Part shown: positions 21,822 to 35,512 of the stretch, piece by piece | How the letters are laid out: every line of letters starts with the position of its first letter | How positions within the stretch are numbered: the first letter of the stretch is position 1 | DNA from: Tubulanus polymorphus | Lineage: Eukaryota > Animalia > Nemertea | Length of the DNA stretch: 64,000 nucleotides | Reading direction: 5' to 3' | Assembly: GCF_964204645.1 (NCBI RefSeq) | Contig: NC_134028.1 | Span: 10,044,001 to 10,108,000 of the forward strand | Translations under genes and position numbers: made by a program | Notes under the pieces: generated by a model | Databases searched by the model: none | What the model saw: the letters and a program-made list of their open reading frames with translations, nothing else | What the model was told of the DNA's origin: nothing

Positions 21822-23109
21822 ATGGTAGATAGTTTTCCAAAAGCTTTCCAATATAATAAATCAATTAAATATAATATTCCTGCAATAGATTTTAATAAAG
21901 ATATTACATATAGAAATGAAGTTTTAAATTCATTAATTGATTTATATATTTATGTTACTGAAAGTAATAATTTTCATGTAAAGATGGAAAATATATTTCA
22001 TGTGTATACAATTAATTTTAAAAATTTAAATGAGGCAAAACAATGGTTATTAAAATCTAATATGAAGTATTGACAGAACCAATTAAATTTTGCTGTTTAT
22101 TGCGCAACAACAGGATGTGGAATTAGTTGGAATGATCATTTAAATAAACCAAGTTTACCATTGATGTTATCACTTTTTAGATTTCATACTTATTTTCAAA
22201 TAAAATTAATATTAAATGAATTGAATAATAATATTGATTTTTCTAAGTTTTATAAAATATGTAATGAATTTAATATTAATTCAAATAAAGATTTTAGAGC
22301 AAAAATTGGAACAATTGGAGGATTAGGAATATTATATACTAAAGAATTTGGAAAAATAATGACAAATTCAGATATAAGAACACTAAATTAGAATGAATTA
22401 CCAAAATATTATAATAATATACAACAACAAAACAATAATGGTTGGGTTAATTTCATTTTAGAAAATAGTGAAGGTTTTACTAAAGCTGGAATACAAAGAA
22501 TAAATCAATCTATTAGAACTTATTTAATTTGTATTTTAGGCGCGCAAGTTGAAACAAGATCCCCAATAATTGGAAATGATAACACTTTATTCGATGCGCA
22601 GAAACAATTCAAAGTATTATTTGAAGATTCAATCCATAATGATAAAAATAGATCGATTCCAGAAAACATTGTAAGATATCAAAATTATCTAGATAAATCA
22701 CATATTAGATTAAATTATTGTATAGGCCCTAATCTATTAATTATTACTAATGATTTAGTATTAAAAATGGGAAATATAATTGGTTACAACAATCTAATTA
22801 AAACTGCAACAATAAATAATTCATTTGGATTGAATGATATAAATAAAAAGATTATTACTGCTCCAAAATTAATGGAAGGTGAAAAAAATAAAAAAACATA
22901 TTCAATCAACAGAAACTAAACCTAAGAATATTAAATTAAATAATGATTCTAAAATAAAAGATTACAATACATCAGAAAATATCAAAACTGATAATATTCA
23001 ACATGAAATAATTAAAACTGATAATGATAATAAATTCCATGAAAATACTAAATTAGCTTTAACTTGTATAGGAATTGTTATAGGAGGAATATTATATTTT
23101 AAATTTTAA
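21822..23109 (+). pseudogene. 433-aa-family protein with C-terminal TM anchor, disrupted
   Basis: Homologous to 46136-47437. Confidence 0.8.
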
Positions 23110-23125
23110 TTTTTTTATTATATAA

Positions 23126-24590
23126 ATGGATGTAGAAGGTGGAGAAGATATTGGAATAAATAATTTTGGAGAACCTGGCATAACTGATGAACAACAACCT
23201 GATTTTAGTGAAACAAGTTTTAATGACGGTAATGAGCCAGGACATAATAATAATTTAAATATACCTGATTATATTAAAAACGCAGAATCAGAATTAAATC
23301 CCGAAAATTTAGACCCAGATTTAGTAAAACAAGATTTAGATAATTTAAACAAAATACCTAAATTAGAACATTTAATTGAAAATTCTGAACTTAATATAAA
23401 TGATGAAGACGTTGGACCTTTAGCAGATTAAATAAACATTTTTAGATAATGGTAAATGGTATTATCATTTGAAAGGTGATTATTATATTGATATCATGTA
23501 TAAAAATAATAAAAATAAAATATTAACAAAATCAACTTTGAGTAATCTAGATCCAGATAGAATTAAAAGAATTAGTAATAGTAATGTACTAACTGATATT
23601 ATAAAACAAGAATAAACTGATAATGATATAGACATATTTAAACAAAGAATTAATGAATTATTTGAAATAATCAAAAAGAAATCAGAAACAGAAACAACTT
23701 CTGAACAGAATATAACTTCCAAAACTAGTAAACTTAAATCAAATAAAGTTCCAATCGAAAAACTTTTACCGAATGGATTAATTGATGCAACAGATCAACA
23801 ATTAGAAGATTTAAATATATTTTCTGATGAAGCAATTAGAGAAACTATTAGTATAAGAAATGAAGCTGATAAAATTGCACATAATAAAAGTATGAGATAT
23901 TATAATTAGAACTTTAGAAAAAGAATTAACTGATAAAAATAAAGAAATAGAACAATTAAAGTCGGATCTTGATCGTCAAGTAATTGATAAAATGGAATAT
24001 AGGCAAAAAGAATTACGTTTAGAAAAAGAAATTAATAATTTAAAAGATAATTTAGAATTACAAAAAGAAGAAATTAAATCATTATTTAAATCATATGATT
24101 ATAATATTAATAGATTAAAAGTTATTTTCAAAAATTTGTTGATAAAACAAAATTCTGAAATATCATTGAAAGATAGAATAGAATTATTATTTAAATTAGA
24201 AGGAATAACAATTCGTTCAATTCTAACAGCTGTAACTATGTTATTTACAACAATTGGTTTAGCTATATCAAATTAATTAAAATCTACTCCTACTCCAAAT
24301 AAACCGGATAAACCCCCGAATGATAATAATTCTATACAAGATAAAGTTAAAGATGGTTTAAAGAAATTAGCAAAATATTTATGGGAACTATCTAAAAAAT
24401 CTGCTGCAGCATTACCAGGAATTATTGCATCAATTGTTGGTTTTATATTGAAATCTGCAGGAAACATTATTAACTTTGCTGCTGAACATATTATTTTATT
24501 TTTAATTACAGTTGTAAGTGCTATTATTTTTGGGTTAGTAAACATGATATCAAAAAATATCAAGTAAACATGATAAAAAATAAATGATTA
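23126..24590 (+). pseudogene. Coiled-coil/membrane protein (474-aa family), disrupted
   Basis: Homologous to 47454-48878. Confidence 0.8.
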
Positions 24591-24607
24591 ATTTTTTTGT
24601 TAAATAA

Positions 24608-25864
24608 ATGAGTGGGCGTTATATCAATCCTTCTAAGAATCATAGAATATCTAATGCTTTTAAAGCAGAAAGATCACATCATATAATTACTCATAACCCT
24701 TCTAATATTAATCCTGATGAAACTTTATATGCTAGAATTCCTCGATTATCACAAAATACTTTTTATGTTCCAAATAGTATTTATTTATCAGCCGATATAA
24801 AAGTAACCGGTAATAATAATAATTATGTTGTTGATAATGTTGGAAGATATTTGATTAAAAAATTAACTATAAAGATTGGTCCAGAAACAGTTTTCTCATT
24901 AGATGATTATAATTTATTTATGCATTATAAAGATTTATGGTTAACTAAAGAAAATAGAAATAATATGATATTTCAAGGCATCCAATCAGAAAACCAAAAT
25001 AAATTAAGATCTGAAACCAATAATGCGTTAGTAGCTAATGATGTAGATAATTTGATTAAAAAGATTTATGGAAGCAAATATAAAATTCCATTAGCCCTTT
25101 GAATTGATAAATAATAATGCACCTTTATATAAATATGTAATTCAAGAAGATATTATATTTGAGATAACATTTGCTCCTGTAAATGAAATTGTATTATCCA
25201 GCGTTGCTAAAGATATGGGTTATAAATTATCGAATATATGTTTAGAATATAATACAGTAACTAATGAAAATATTGCTAACACAATTCAAACTAAATACAA
25301 TCAATGATTTTCATTATTATATGATTATATTGATAAATTTAAAACTGTAACTATTAATGCAAATGATGAAATAATTAATTAGAATATTAACTTCCCAAGA
25401 AGATCTATTAAAGGTATATTAATATTTTTTACCATTGCAACATATTCTAATGGCGCCATAAAGGTAGATAATTAATGATTAATTATTAATCCTGAAATAA
25501 CAAAAGTAGAAATAACTATCGAAGGAATAGCAAATAAAATATTTTGTCAAGGAATGAGAATGATAGATCAATGGCCAGAAATTAGAAAACATTTTATGAA
25601 TGAAAAAGTAAAATCATCTGAAAATTGTAATATTAATCAAATTGATTATTATATCGGTAATAAATATGCATTATGGTTAGATTTTAGAACAACAGAGGAT
25701 AATTCATTACATGGTTCTGGGAAAAACTACAGAACACTAAAGATGGAATACAATCATTCATGAAAAAGAAAAAAGGAAGCTTAAATTTTAAAATCCACAT
25801 TTATATTATATCTAACGCACAATTAAATATTGTAAATTCACAATTAGATAGTATTCAATATTAG
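24608..25864 (+). pseudogene. Putative major capsid protein, disrupted
   Basis: Homologous to 48898-50148. Confidence 0.7.
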
Positions 25865-25894
25865 AAATATAAAGTTAAAATTAAGGATATATAA

Positions 25895-26385
25895 ATGGGT
25901 GGTAAAAAAACTCCTAATACTAAAGAACAATATTTAAGAAATGTATATTACAACCTTGAGTTGCTTATTCTTTTACCAAAAATATATGGCGTCAAGTAAA
26001 ACAAGATAAATTAGATAAGATAATCCCACAAAATTTAGTTAAATATAAAGATATAAATGAATTTATGTTAGAACAACCAACATATACAACATAAAAAAAT
26101 TGTTAGAAAATATAAAACTCGTAAAACTATGGTAAGTTATGTAGATCAACAGTGGCAAGGAGATTTAATTGATATGAAAAATGTTAAGAAAGATAATGAT
26201 GATTATTGGTGGTTATTGAATATAATTGATATTTTTAGTCGTTATGTATGGAGCTTCCCACTTTATAGAAAAGATGCTGTACAAATATCAAATGTTTTAA
26301 GAAAATTTCTTTCGGATGATAAACTAAAACCAGAAAAAATACAATTTGATGATGGAAAAGAATTTGATAATTCACTTGTTCATGA
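25895..26385 (+). pseudogene. RVE integrase 5' part, truncated at inversion junction
   Basis: DQQWQGDLIDM, IDIFSRY, IQFDDGKEF. Confidence 0.85.
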
Positions 26386-26685
26386 ACAATCATCTATAAT
26401 GAATAATGTATTTGATCCTTTATAAATATCAATTGCTATTTTTATACAATTATCTAAATTTTCTTTTACTGTTTTAGGATCTAATATAATAAATTTATTA
26501 TTTCTAGTAATATTTCTATCATAAGTTTGATTAAATTCATATGTTGGACAAAATAATACTATATTATCAAAATAGTTTTTATAAACAGTTTCTAATAAAT
26601 TTAATATAAAATAAGTTTTTCCACAATTTGTTACGCCAGAAATTAACATATTATGAGGCTCAAATATAAATAATTTCTTATTCAT
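26380..26685 (-). pseudogene. Packaging ATPase, N-terminal half
   Basis: GVTNCGKT (Walker A), FIIDDC (Walker B), then truncated. Confidence 0.85.
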
Positions 26686-27813
26686 TTATATATTTTTAAT
26701 TTTACTTGATAATATCCATTCATTAAATTTATCTGGCCATCCAACCCATTTTACTAAAGAATATTTTTTTCTTTTAACAGTTTTTGTTTTTAATACTTTT
26801 TCAATTTTTTATTCTTGTTCTAGATTTTCAGTAGTTAAACTTAATTCTTCTTCGTAAAAGTAGCCATCAACTTCTTCACCATCTAAATCTTCTAATTTAT
26901 AGACATATGGTTTTGTTGTTATTACCTTTTTTATTTTATATATTTCCCTAGTAAAATTTCGATCGTATCCTTTGTCAAATATCTTTTTATACTTAGAAAT
27001 TCTAACATTTTGACCAACTTTAAATTTAGGTTCACCAAATTCATCTACAAGAAATGCTCCATATAAATTATTCCAAACAATTTCAGCATTTTCAGGTTTT
27101 CTAGCATCAATAGGTTTCATTCCAATAGAAGAATGATAAGAATTATTATATCCTTCTATCAATTTTGGTAAAACATCAATCCATTTAGTAGTATTATTTG
27201 CTGTAAAATATTTCCACATTCTTGTTCTTAATGTTCTATTAAATCGTTCAACAACTGCTGCTTTTTTATTTGATTTTGTTGAAAAATATTTAATATTATG
27301 ATTATCTAAGAGTTCATGAACAAGTGAATTATCAAATTCTTTTCCATCATCAAATTGTATTTTTTCTGGTTTTAGTTTATCATCCGAAAGAAATTTTCTT
27401 AAAACATTTGATGTTTGTACAGCATCTTTTCTATAAAGTGCGAAACTCCATACGTAACGACTAAAATTATCAATTATATTCAATATCCACCAATAATCAT
27501 CATTATCTTTCTTAACATTTTTCATATCAATTAAATCTCCTTGCCACTGTTGATCTACATAACTTACCATAGTTTTACGAGTTTTATATTTTCTAACAAT
27601 TTTTTTATGTGTTGTGTATGTTGGTTGTTCTAACATAAATTCATTTATATCTTTATATTTAACTAAATTTTGTGGGATTATCTTATCTAATTTATCTTGT
27701 TTTACTTGACGCCATATATTTTTGTTAGCAGGATAAGCAACCGAACTATCAGGGTTGTAATATAAATTTCTTAAATATTGTTCTTTAGTATTAGGAGTTT
27801 TTTTACCACCCAT
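26686..27813 (-). pseudogene. RVE integrase; premature stop removes the chromodomain
   Basis: 334-aa ORF with D-D-E core; chromodomain coding sequence continues at 26686-26808. Confidence 0.88.
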
Positions 27814-27843
27814 TTATATATCCTTAATTTTAACTTTATATTT

Positions 27844-29087
27844 CTAATATTGAATACTATCTAATTGTGAATTTACAATATTTAATTGTGCGTCAGATAT
27901 AATATAAAAGTGCATTTTGAAATTTTTGTCTCCTCTTTTCTTTACCATGAATAATTGTATTCCATCTTTAGTGTTCTGTAGTTTTTTCCCAGAACCATGT
28001 AGTGAATTATCCTCTGTTGTTCTAAAATCTAACCATAGTGCGTATTTATTGCCGGTATAATAATCAATTTGATTAATATTACAATTTTCAAATGATTTCA
28101 CTTCTTCATATATAAAATGTTTTCTAATTTCTGGCCATTGATCTATCATTCTCATTCCTTGACAAAATATTCTATTTGCTATTCCTTCGATAGTTATTTC
28201 TACTTTTGTTATTTCAGGATTATAATAATTATCAACATTTATTGCGCCATTAGAATATGTTGCAATGGTAAAAAATATATACCTTTAATAGATCTTCTTG
28301 GGAAGTTAATATTCTCATTAATTATTTCATCATTTGCATTAATAGTTACAGTTTTAAATTTATCAATATAATCATATAATAATGAAAATCCTTGATTGTA
28401 TTGGGTTTAAATTGTGCTAGCAATATTTTCATTAGTTACTGTATTTTATTCTAAACATATATTCGATAATTTATATCCCATATCTTTAACAACGCTAGAT
28501 AATACAATTTCATTTACAGGAGCAAATGTTATCTCAAATATAATATCTTCTTGAATTACATATCTATATAAAGGTGCATTATTATTCATCAATTCAAAGT
28601 CTAATGGAATTTTATATTTGCTTCCATAAATCTTTTTAATCAAATTATCTACATCATTAGCTACTATTGCATTATTGGTTTCAGATCTTAATTTATTTTG
28701 GTTTTCTGATTGGATGCCTTGAAATATCATATCATTTCTATTTTCTTTAGTTAACCATAAATCTTCATAATGCATAAATAAATTATAATCATCTAATGAG
28801 AAAACTGTTTCTGGACCAATCTTTATAGTTAATTTTTTAATCAAATATCTCCCAACATTATCGACAACATAATTATTATCATGACCAGTTACTTTTATAT
28901 CGGCTGATAAATAAATACTATTTGGAACATAAAAAGTATTTTGTGTTAATCTAGGAATTCTAACATATAAAGTTTCATCGGGATTAATATTTGAAGGATT
29001 ATGAGTAATTATATGATGTGATCTTTCTGCTTTAATAGCATTAGATATTCTAGAATTCTTAGAAGGACTTATATAACTCCCACTCAT
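27844..29087 (-). pseudogene. Putative major capsid protein, disrupted
   Basis: Homologous to 48898-50148. Confidence 0.7.
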
Positions 29088-29107
29088 TTATTTAGCAAAA
29101 AAATTAA

Positions 29108-30575
29108 TTACTTATTTTTTATTATTTTTTCTTGATATCTTTTTGATATCATATTCACTAACCCAAAAATAATAGCACTTACAACTGTAATTAAAAATAA
29201 AATAATATGTTCAGCAGCGAAGTTAAGAATATTACCTGCAGATTTCAATATAAAACCAACAATTGATGCAATAAATCCGGGTAAAGCTGCAGCAGATTTT
29301 TTAGATAGTTCCCATAAATATTTTGCTAATTTTTTTAAACCATCTTTAACTTTATCTTGTATAGAATTATTACCTGGGGGTTTATCTGGTTTATTTGGAG
29401 TAGAAGTAGATTTTAAAGCATTTGATATTGCTAAACCAATTGTTGTAAATAACATAGTTAGAGCTGTTAGAATTGAAAGAATTGTTATTCCTTCTAATTT
29501 AAATGATAACTTTATTCTATCTTTTGATGATATTTCAGAATTTGGTTTTATCAACAAATCTTTAAAAATAACTTTTAATCTATTAATATTATAATCATAT
29601 GATTTTAATAACAATTTAATTTCTTCTTTTTGTAATTCTATGTTATATTCTAAATCATCTTTTTCTTTTTCTAAACGTAATTCTTTTTGCCTATATTCTA
29701 TTTCATCAATTACTTGATGATCTAAATCAGACTTTAATTGTTCTATTTCTTTATTTTTATCAGTTAATTCTTTTTCTAAAGTTCTAATTTTAAAATCTCT
29801 TATACTTTTATCATGCGCAATTTTATCAGATGCAAGTCTTATACTTTTAATTTCTCTAATTGCTTCAACAGAAAATATATTACTTAAATCTTCTAATTGT
29901 TGATCTGTTGCATCAATTAATCCATTCGGTAAAAGTTTTTCAATTGTCAATTGGAACTTTATTTGATTTAAGTTTACTAGTTTTGGAAGTTATATTCTGT
30001 TCAGAAGTTGTTTCTGTTTCTGATTTCTTTTTGATTATTTCAAATAATTCATTAATTCTTTGTTTAAATACGTCTATATCATTAACAGTTAATTCTTGTT
30101 CTATAACATCAGTTATTACATTACTATTACTAATTCTTTTAATTCTACCTGGTTCTAATTTTTCTAAAGTTGATTTTGCTAATATTTTGTTTTCATTTTT
30201 AAAAGTGATATCAATATAATAATCATCTTTCAAATGATAATACCATTTACCATTATCTAAAAAGTTTAATTTATCTGCTAAAGGTCCAACGTCTTCATCA
30301 TTTATGTTAAATTTAGAATTTTCAATTATACGTTCTAATTTAGGTATTTTGTTTAAATTATCTAAATCTTGTTTTACTAAATCTGGGTCTAAATTTTCAG
30401 GATTTAATTGTAATTCTGCATTTTTAATATAATAAGTCATATTTAAATTATTATTATATTCTGGCTCATTACCGTCATTAAAACTTGTTTCACTAAAATC
30501 AGGTTGTTGTTCATCAGTTATGCCAGGTTCATCTAAAGGATCCATTCCAATATCTTCTCCACCTTCTACATCCAT
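29108..30575 (-). pseudogene. 474-aa-family coiled-coil/membrane protein, one frameshift
   Basis: Two overlapping ORFs (211 aa and 280 aa) homologous to 47454-48878. Confidence 0.8.
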
Positions 30576-30591
30576 TTATATAATAAAAAAA

Positions 30592-30857
30592 TTAAAATTT
30601 AAAATATAATATTCCTCTTATAACAATTCCTATACAAGTTAAAGCTAATTTAGTATTTTCATGGGATTTATTATCATTATCAGTTTTAATTATATCATGT
30701 TGAATATTATCAGTTTTAATATTTTCTGTAGTATTGTAATCTTTTATTTTGGAATCATTATCCAATTTAATATTCTTAGTTTTAGTTTCTGTTGATTGAA
30801 TGTGTTTTCTATTTTTTTCACCTTCCATTAATTTTGGAGCAGTAATAATCTTTTACA
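30592..30857 (-). pseudogene. C-terminal fragment of the 433-aa family
   Basis: HENTKLALTCIGIVI.GILYFKF. Confidence 0.75.
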
Positions 30858-31530
30858 TTTATATCTTTATATTTAACTAAATTTTGTGGGATTATCTTAT
30901 CTAATTTATCTTGTTTTACTTGACGCCATATATTTTTGTTAGAAGGATAAGCAACCGAACTATCAGGGTTGTAATATAAATTTCTTAAATATTGTTCTTT
31001 AGTATTAGGAGTTTTTTTACCACCCATTTATATATCCTTAATTTTAACTTTATATTTCTAATATTGAATACTATCTAATTATGAATTTACAATATTTAAT
31101 TGTGCGTCAGATATAATATAAAAGTGCATTTTGAAATTTTTGTCTCCTCTTTTCTTTACCATGAATAATTGTATTCCATCTTAAGTGTTCTGTAGTTTTT
31201 TCCCAGAACCATGTAATGAATTATCCTCTGTTGTTCTAAAATCTAACCATAGTGCGTATTTATTGCCGGTATAATAATCAATTTGATTAATATTACAATT
31301 TTCAAATGATTTCACTTCTTCATATATAAAATGTTTTCCAATTTCTGGCCATTGATCTATCATTCTCATTCCTTGACAAAATATTTTATTTGCTATTCCT
31401 TCGATAGTTATTTCTACTTTTGTTATTTCAGGATAATAATAGTTATCAACCTTTATTGCGCCATTAGAATATGTTGCAATGGTAAAAAATATTAATATAC
31501 CTTTAATAGATCTTCTTGGGAAGTTAATAT

Positions 31531-32630
31531 TTAGGGTTTTCTGTTATTTCACAGAAAACCCTATTGATATCCGCGTGATTATTATTACTATTATTTTCTT
31601 CCACACTATTTTTACCAAAAGAACATAGGCTTTGTTACCTTACCGCTGTTTCATATACAATCCATATAATATCGTTCAGCTCACTGAGATCTACAAATAG
31701 CCCGCGTGTTTTTTCACGAATCATCGTTACAAAAGCGCTGTCGGGCCGTAAACATCGAAAATTTAGCCCCATTCAATGGGGCGACATGTTTTTCGAGTCG
31801 TCATCCCGAAATCAACCCGCAGGCCGACTGTCACTTCGATTATCAATTCAAGTATAATTGAACTAATTTTTTGCCGCAGACTTCACATTCAGTCGCGGTC
31901 TTCAAACAGTGATTTTAACAATAGCCCATTTTCCTCATCAAATCATATTACCGATACACTAGAAATTTACTACTTTAGATTTTAAAAGCACTGTCGAGCC
32001 GAAAACATCGACGAATCGACGTGTGTTACTACATCGTCGTTCCGGGGATCAGCTGCGAGTTTCTCCTCATCATGAGAATCAAATCGAGTACAAATTAATT
32101 TATAACTACCAGTGATTTGGCTGCAGGCGTCAAGCAGTTAGTTTAGCAATACCTATTTTTCTTTACCAAATTAACCGTGTATTTACTAAGATAAATCATA
32201 AGTGTACCGGGGAGTCGTAGGCCAAAACTAAACACGCCGAAGAGATATAGCGGAGAAAAGGTGTTATGTCGACGAGGTATCAAAATAAAGAAATATATTT
32301 ATCCGGCCGCGGGCTTCAACCTCTATATCAATACTATCAATACTCTATATTTCCTACTGTACATACCGATCATTGTCAAATCCACAAGGTATTTACTAAA
32401 TACAAGTATACAACACACTCCTATCCGTATGCTGGACTCACACTTGACATTCGGAGTAAGCGTTCGCTGTGGAGGAAAGGAGATCGTTCGCTGTGTCGCT
32501 TGAAGTGTTTATCGAGTTTTACGCGACCTTAAGGCTTTAGTATGGTGGCTGATACGATAAAAAAACACGAATATGCAAATGAGGGCGACATTACGACAAA
32601 ACGACAAAACTAAAATAACGCGAGAAAACA
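31531..32630 (+). mobile_element. Non-coding host interspersed repeat, possibly Helentron-derived non-autonomous element
   Basis: Starts with hairpin TAGGGTTTTCTG..CAGAAAACCCTA and an (ATT)n tract; ~950 bp recur at ~36345-37290; distal part recurs at ~54775-54960. Confidence 0.55.
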
Positions 32631-32635
32631 ATGAT

Positions 32636-34360
32636 TTTGATTTTGTCGCCCGCGACAATTCAATATTTTGGTTTTATCGCCCGCGACAATTCATTATTTT
32701 GGTTTTATCACTTGCGACAATTCATTATTTTGGTTTTGTTGCCCGCGAAAATTCAATATTTTGGTTTTAACGCCCACGACAATTAACTACTTTGGTTTTA
32801 CCGCCAGCGACAATTCAGTATTTTGGTTTTATCACTTGCGACAATTCATTATTTTGGTTTTGTTGCCCGCGAAAATTCAAAATTTTTTTGTTTTATCGCC
32901 CACGACAATTCACTACTTTGGTTTTATCGCCAGCGACAATTCATTATTTTGGTTTTATCGCCCGCGACAATTCTTCTTTATGGTTTTGTCGCACGCAACA
33001 ATTCATTATTTTGGTTTTATATTTTGTTTTTGTCGCCCGCGACAATTCAATATTTTGGTTTTATCGCCTGCGAAAATTCAATATTTTGGTTTTATCGCCC
33101 GAGACAATTCATTATTTTGGTTTTATCGCCGGCGACAATTCATTATTACGGTTTTATCGCCCGCGACAATTCATTATTTTGGTTTTGTCGCCCGCGACAA
33201 TTCACCATTTTGGTTTTGTAACCCGCGACAATTCATTATTTTGGTTTTATCGCCCGCGACAATTCATTATTTTGGTTTTATCGCCCGCGACAATTCATTA
33301 TTTTGGTTTTGTCGCCCCGACAATTCTTTTTTGGTTTTGTTGCCCGCGACAAATCATTAGTTTGGTTTTGTCGCCCGCGACAATTCAATATTTTGGTTTT
33401 GTCGCCCGCAACAATTCAATATTTTGGTTTTATCGCCCGCGACAATTCATTACTTTGGTTTTATCTCCAGCGACAATTCATTATTTTGGTTTTGTCGCCC
33501 GCGACAATTCTTCTTTTTGGTTTTGTCGCCCGCGACAATTCATTAGTTTGGTTTTGTCGCCCGCGACAATTCAATATTTTGGTTTTGTTGCCCGCAACAA
33601 TTCAATATTTTGGTTTTATCGACCGCGACAATTCATTACTTTGGTTTTATCTCCAGCGACAATTCATTATTTTGGTTTTGTCGCCCGCGACAATTCTTCT
33701 TTTTGGTTTTGTCGCCCGCGACAATTCATTATTTTGGTTTTATATTTTGTTTTAGTCGCCCGCGACAATTTTTTTTTTGGTTTTGTCGCCCGCGACAATT
33801 CAATATTTTGGTTTTGTCGCTTGCGACAATTCATTATTTTGGTTTAATCGCCCGTGACAATTCAATATTTTGGTTTTATCGCCTGGACAATTCACCATTT
33901 TGGTTTTGTCGCCCGCGACAATTTATTATTTTGGTTTTGTCGCCCCAACAATTCTTTTTTTGGTTTTGTCGCCCGCGACAATTCAATGTTTTGGTTTTAT
34001 CGCCCATGACAATTCATTACTTTGGTTTTATCTCCAGTGACAATTCATTATTTTGGTTTTGTCACCCGCGACAATTCTTCTTTTGGTTTTGACGCCCGCG
34101 AAAATTCATTATTTTGGTTTTATATTTTGTTTTTGTCGCCCGCGACAATCTTTTTTTTTGGTTTTGTCGCCCGCGACAATTCATTATTTTGGTTTTATCG
34201 CCCGCGACAATTCAATATTTTGGTTTTATCGCCCGCGATAATTCATTATTTTGGTTTGATTGCTTGCGACAATTCATTATTTTGGTTTTGTCGCACGAGA
34301 CAATTCATTATTTTGGTTTTATCGCCCGCGACAATTCCTTATTTTGGTTTTGTCACCCGA
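32636..34360. repeat. 31-bp minisatellite array (~55 units)
   Basis: Unit ACAATTCATTATTTTGGTTTTATCGCCCGCG. Confidence 0.95.
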
Positions 34361-34689
34361 AGAAAATTTTGAAGACGCTTTGATCAATTACCTTGATCTT
34401 TCGTTTATATTTGAATCTACCAAAGGCCCATCAGCATAAGAAAATTGGGTCGATCTGACTCAAGATGGCCGTCCTATGACCTTTTTAGTGCCCAAAAATG
34501 TCAATTTTGGCCAGAATTCTAGGTCCTGTAGCTTCCTACTGGTTTGCCATTTCTCATTGCAATTGCTGATGGGTATTCTTTAGAGAGGGATGTTTTATAC
34601 CTGGGACAGGTATTTTGATCAGCCAATTATGACGCAATTTGCGGCCATCTTGGTGTCATCAGTACTCATTCGTAGGTGGGAAAAAGTTT

Positions 34690-35445
34690 TTCCACATTAA
34701 ATTGATACCTAAGCATATTGTGTTACTATATTCAATTGGAAAGTTGTAGCCCATAACGTGTTCTATGATTTTGGTGAGTTTCAAGGTCATGGGTTTTTGT
34801 ATGTGGCCATCAGGGGGCGTTGAATAATACAATAACTTAGCATCGCTATATTATATTTGTACCAAGGCATATTTTGTTACCACAACCAATTGCAAAGTTA
34901 TATCTCATGACATCGTCTATGATTGTGGTGAGTTTTTAAGAACATTAGTTATTCCATATAGTCACCAGGGGGCGTTGAATAGTAGAAAAGCTTAGTTTTT
35001 CCTTATTAGATTGGTACCTAGGCATAGTTTGTTACCATGATCCATTGCAAAGTTGTAGTTCATGACATCGTCTATGATTGTGGTGAGTTTTTAAGGACAT
35101 TAGTTATTCCATATAGTCACCAGGGGGCGCTGAATAGTAGAATGGCTTAGTATTTCCTTATTAGATTGGTGCCTAGGCATATTTTGTTACTATGATCAAT
35201 TGCAAAGTTGTATTTCATGACATGTACTACGATTGTGGTGAGTTTTAAGGTCATTGGGTTTTGCATATGGTCACCAGGGGGCGTTGAATAGTAGAATAAC
35301 TTAGTATTTTCATATTAAATTGGTAACGAGGCATATTTTGTTATCACAATCAATTACAAAATCAAAGCTTCTCACATGTTCTATGATTGTGGTGGGTTTC
35401 AATGTCATTGGTTTTTGTATATGGTCACTAGAGGGCGTTATGTAT
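34690..35445. repeat. ~155-bp tandem repeat (~5 units), each with a CTCF-like motif
   Basis: CAGGGGGCG core at 34811, 34966, 35121, 35275; TAGAGGGCG at 35429. Confidence 0.88.
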
Positions 35446-35512
35446 TGAAATTGTTAGATTGTTGAGCATTTGAAACCACTTCCCAAGTGAGCATGGTGTC
35501 CCTGGACCCCTA

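Larger units (their letters stand above)
9205..26385 (+). mobile_element. Polinton copy B (decayed, right end lost)
   Basis: Left TIR matches that of copy C; gene order collinear with C from pPolB to integrase. Confidence 0.9.
26380..31531 (-). mobile_element. Polinton copy B' (inverted internal fragment plus a partial duplicate at ~30858-31531)
   Basis: Minus-strand ATPase, integrase, MCP, 474-aa and 433-aa family genes; diverged from B, so not a simple fold-back. Confidence 0.88.

Noticed and set aside
32636-34360. CRISPR-like appearance of ~31-bp repeats
   Set aside because: Units are head-to-tail with no unique spacers, no cas genes, eukaryotic context
32636-34383. Long overlapping ORFs (up to 351 aa) in the 31-bp arrays, also at 35515-35979 and 54994-55649
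   Set aside because: Artefact of a stop-poor repeat unit; translations cycle through the same three peptides
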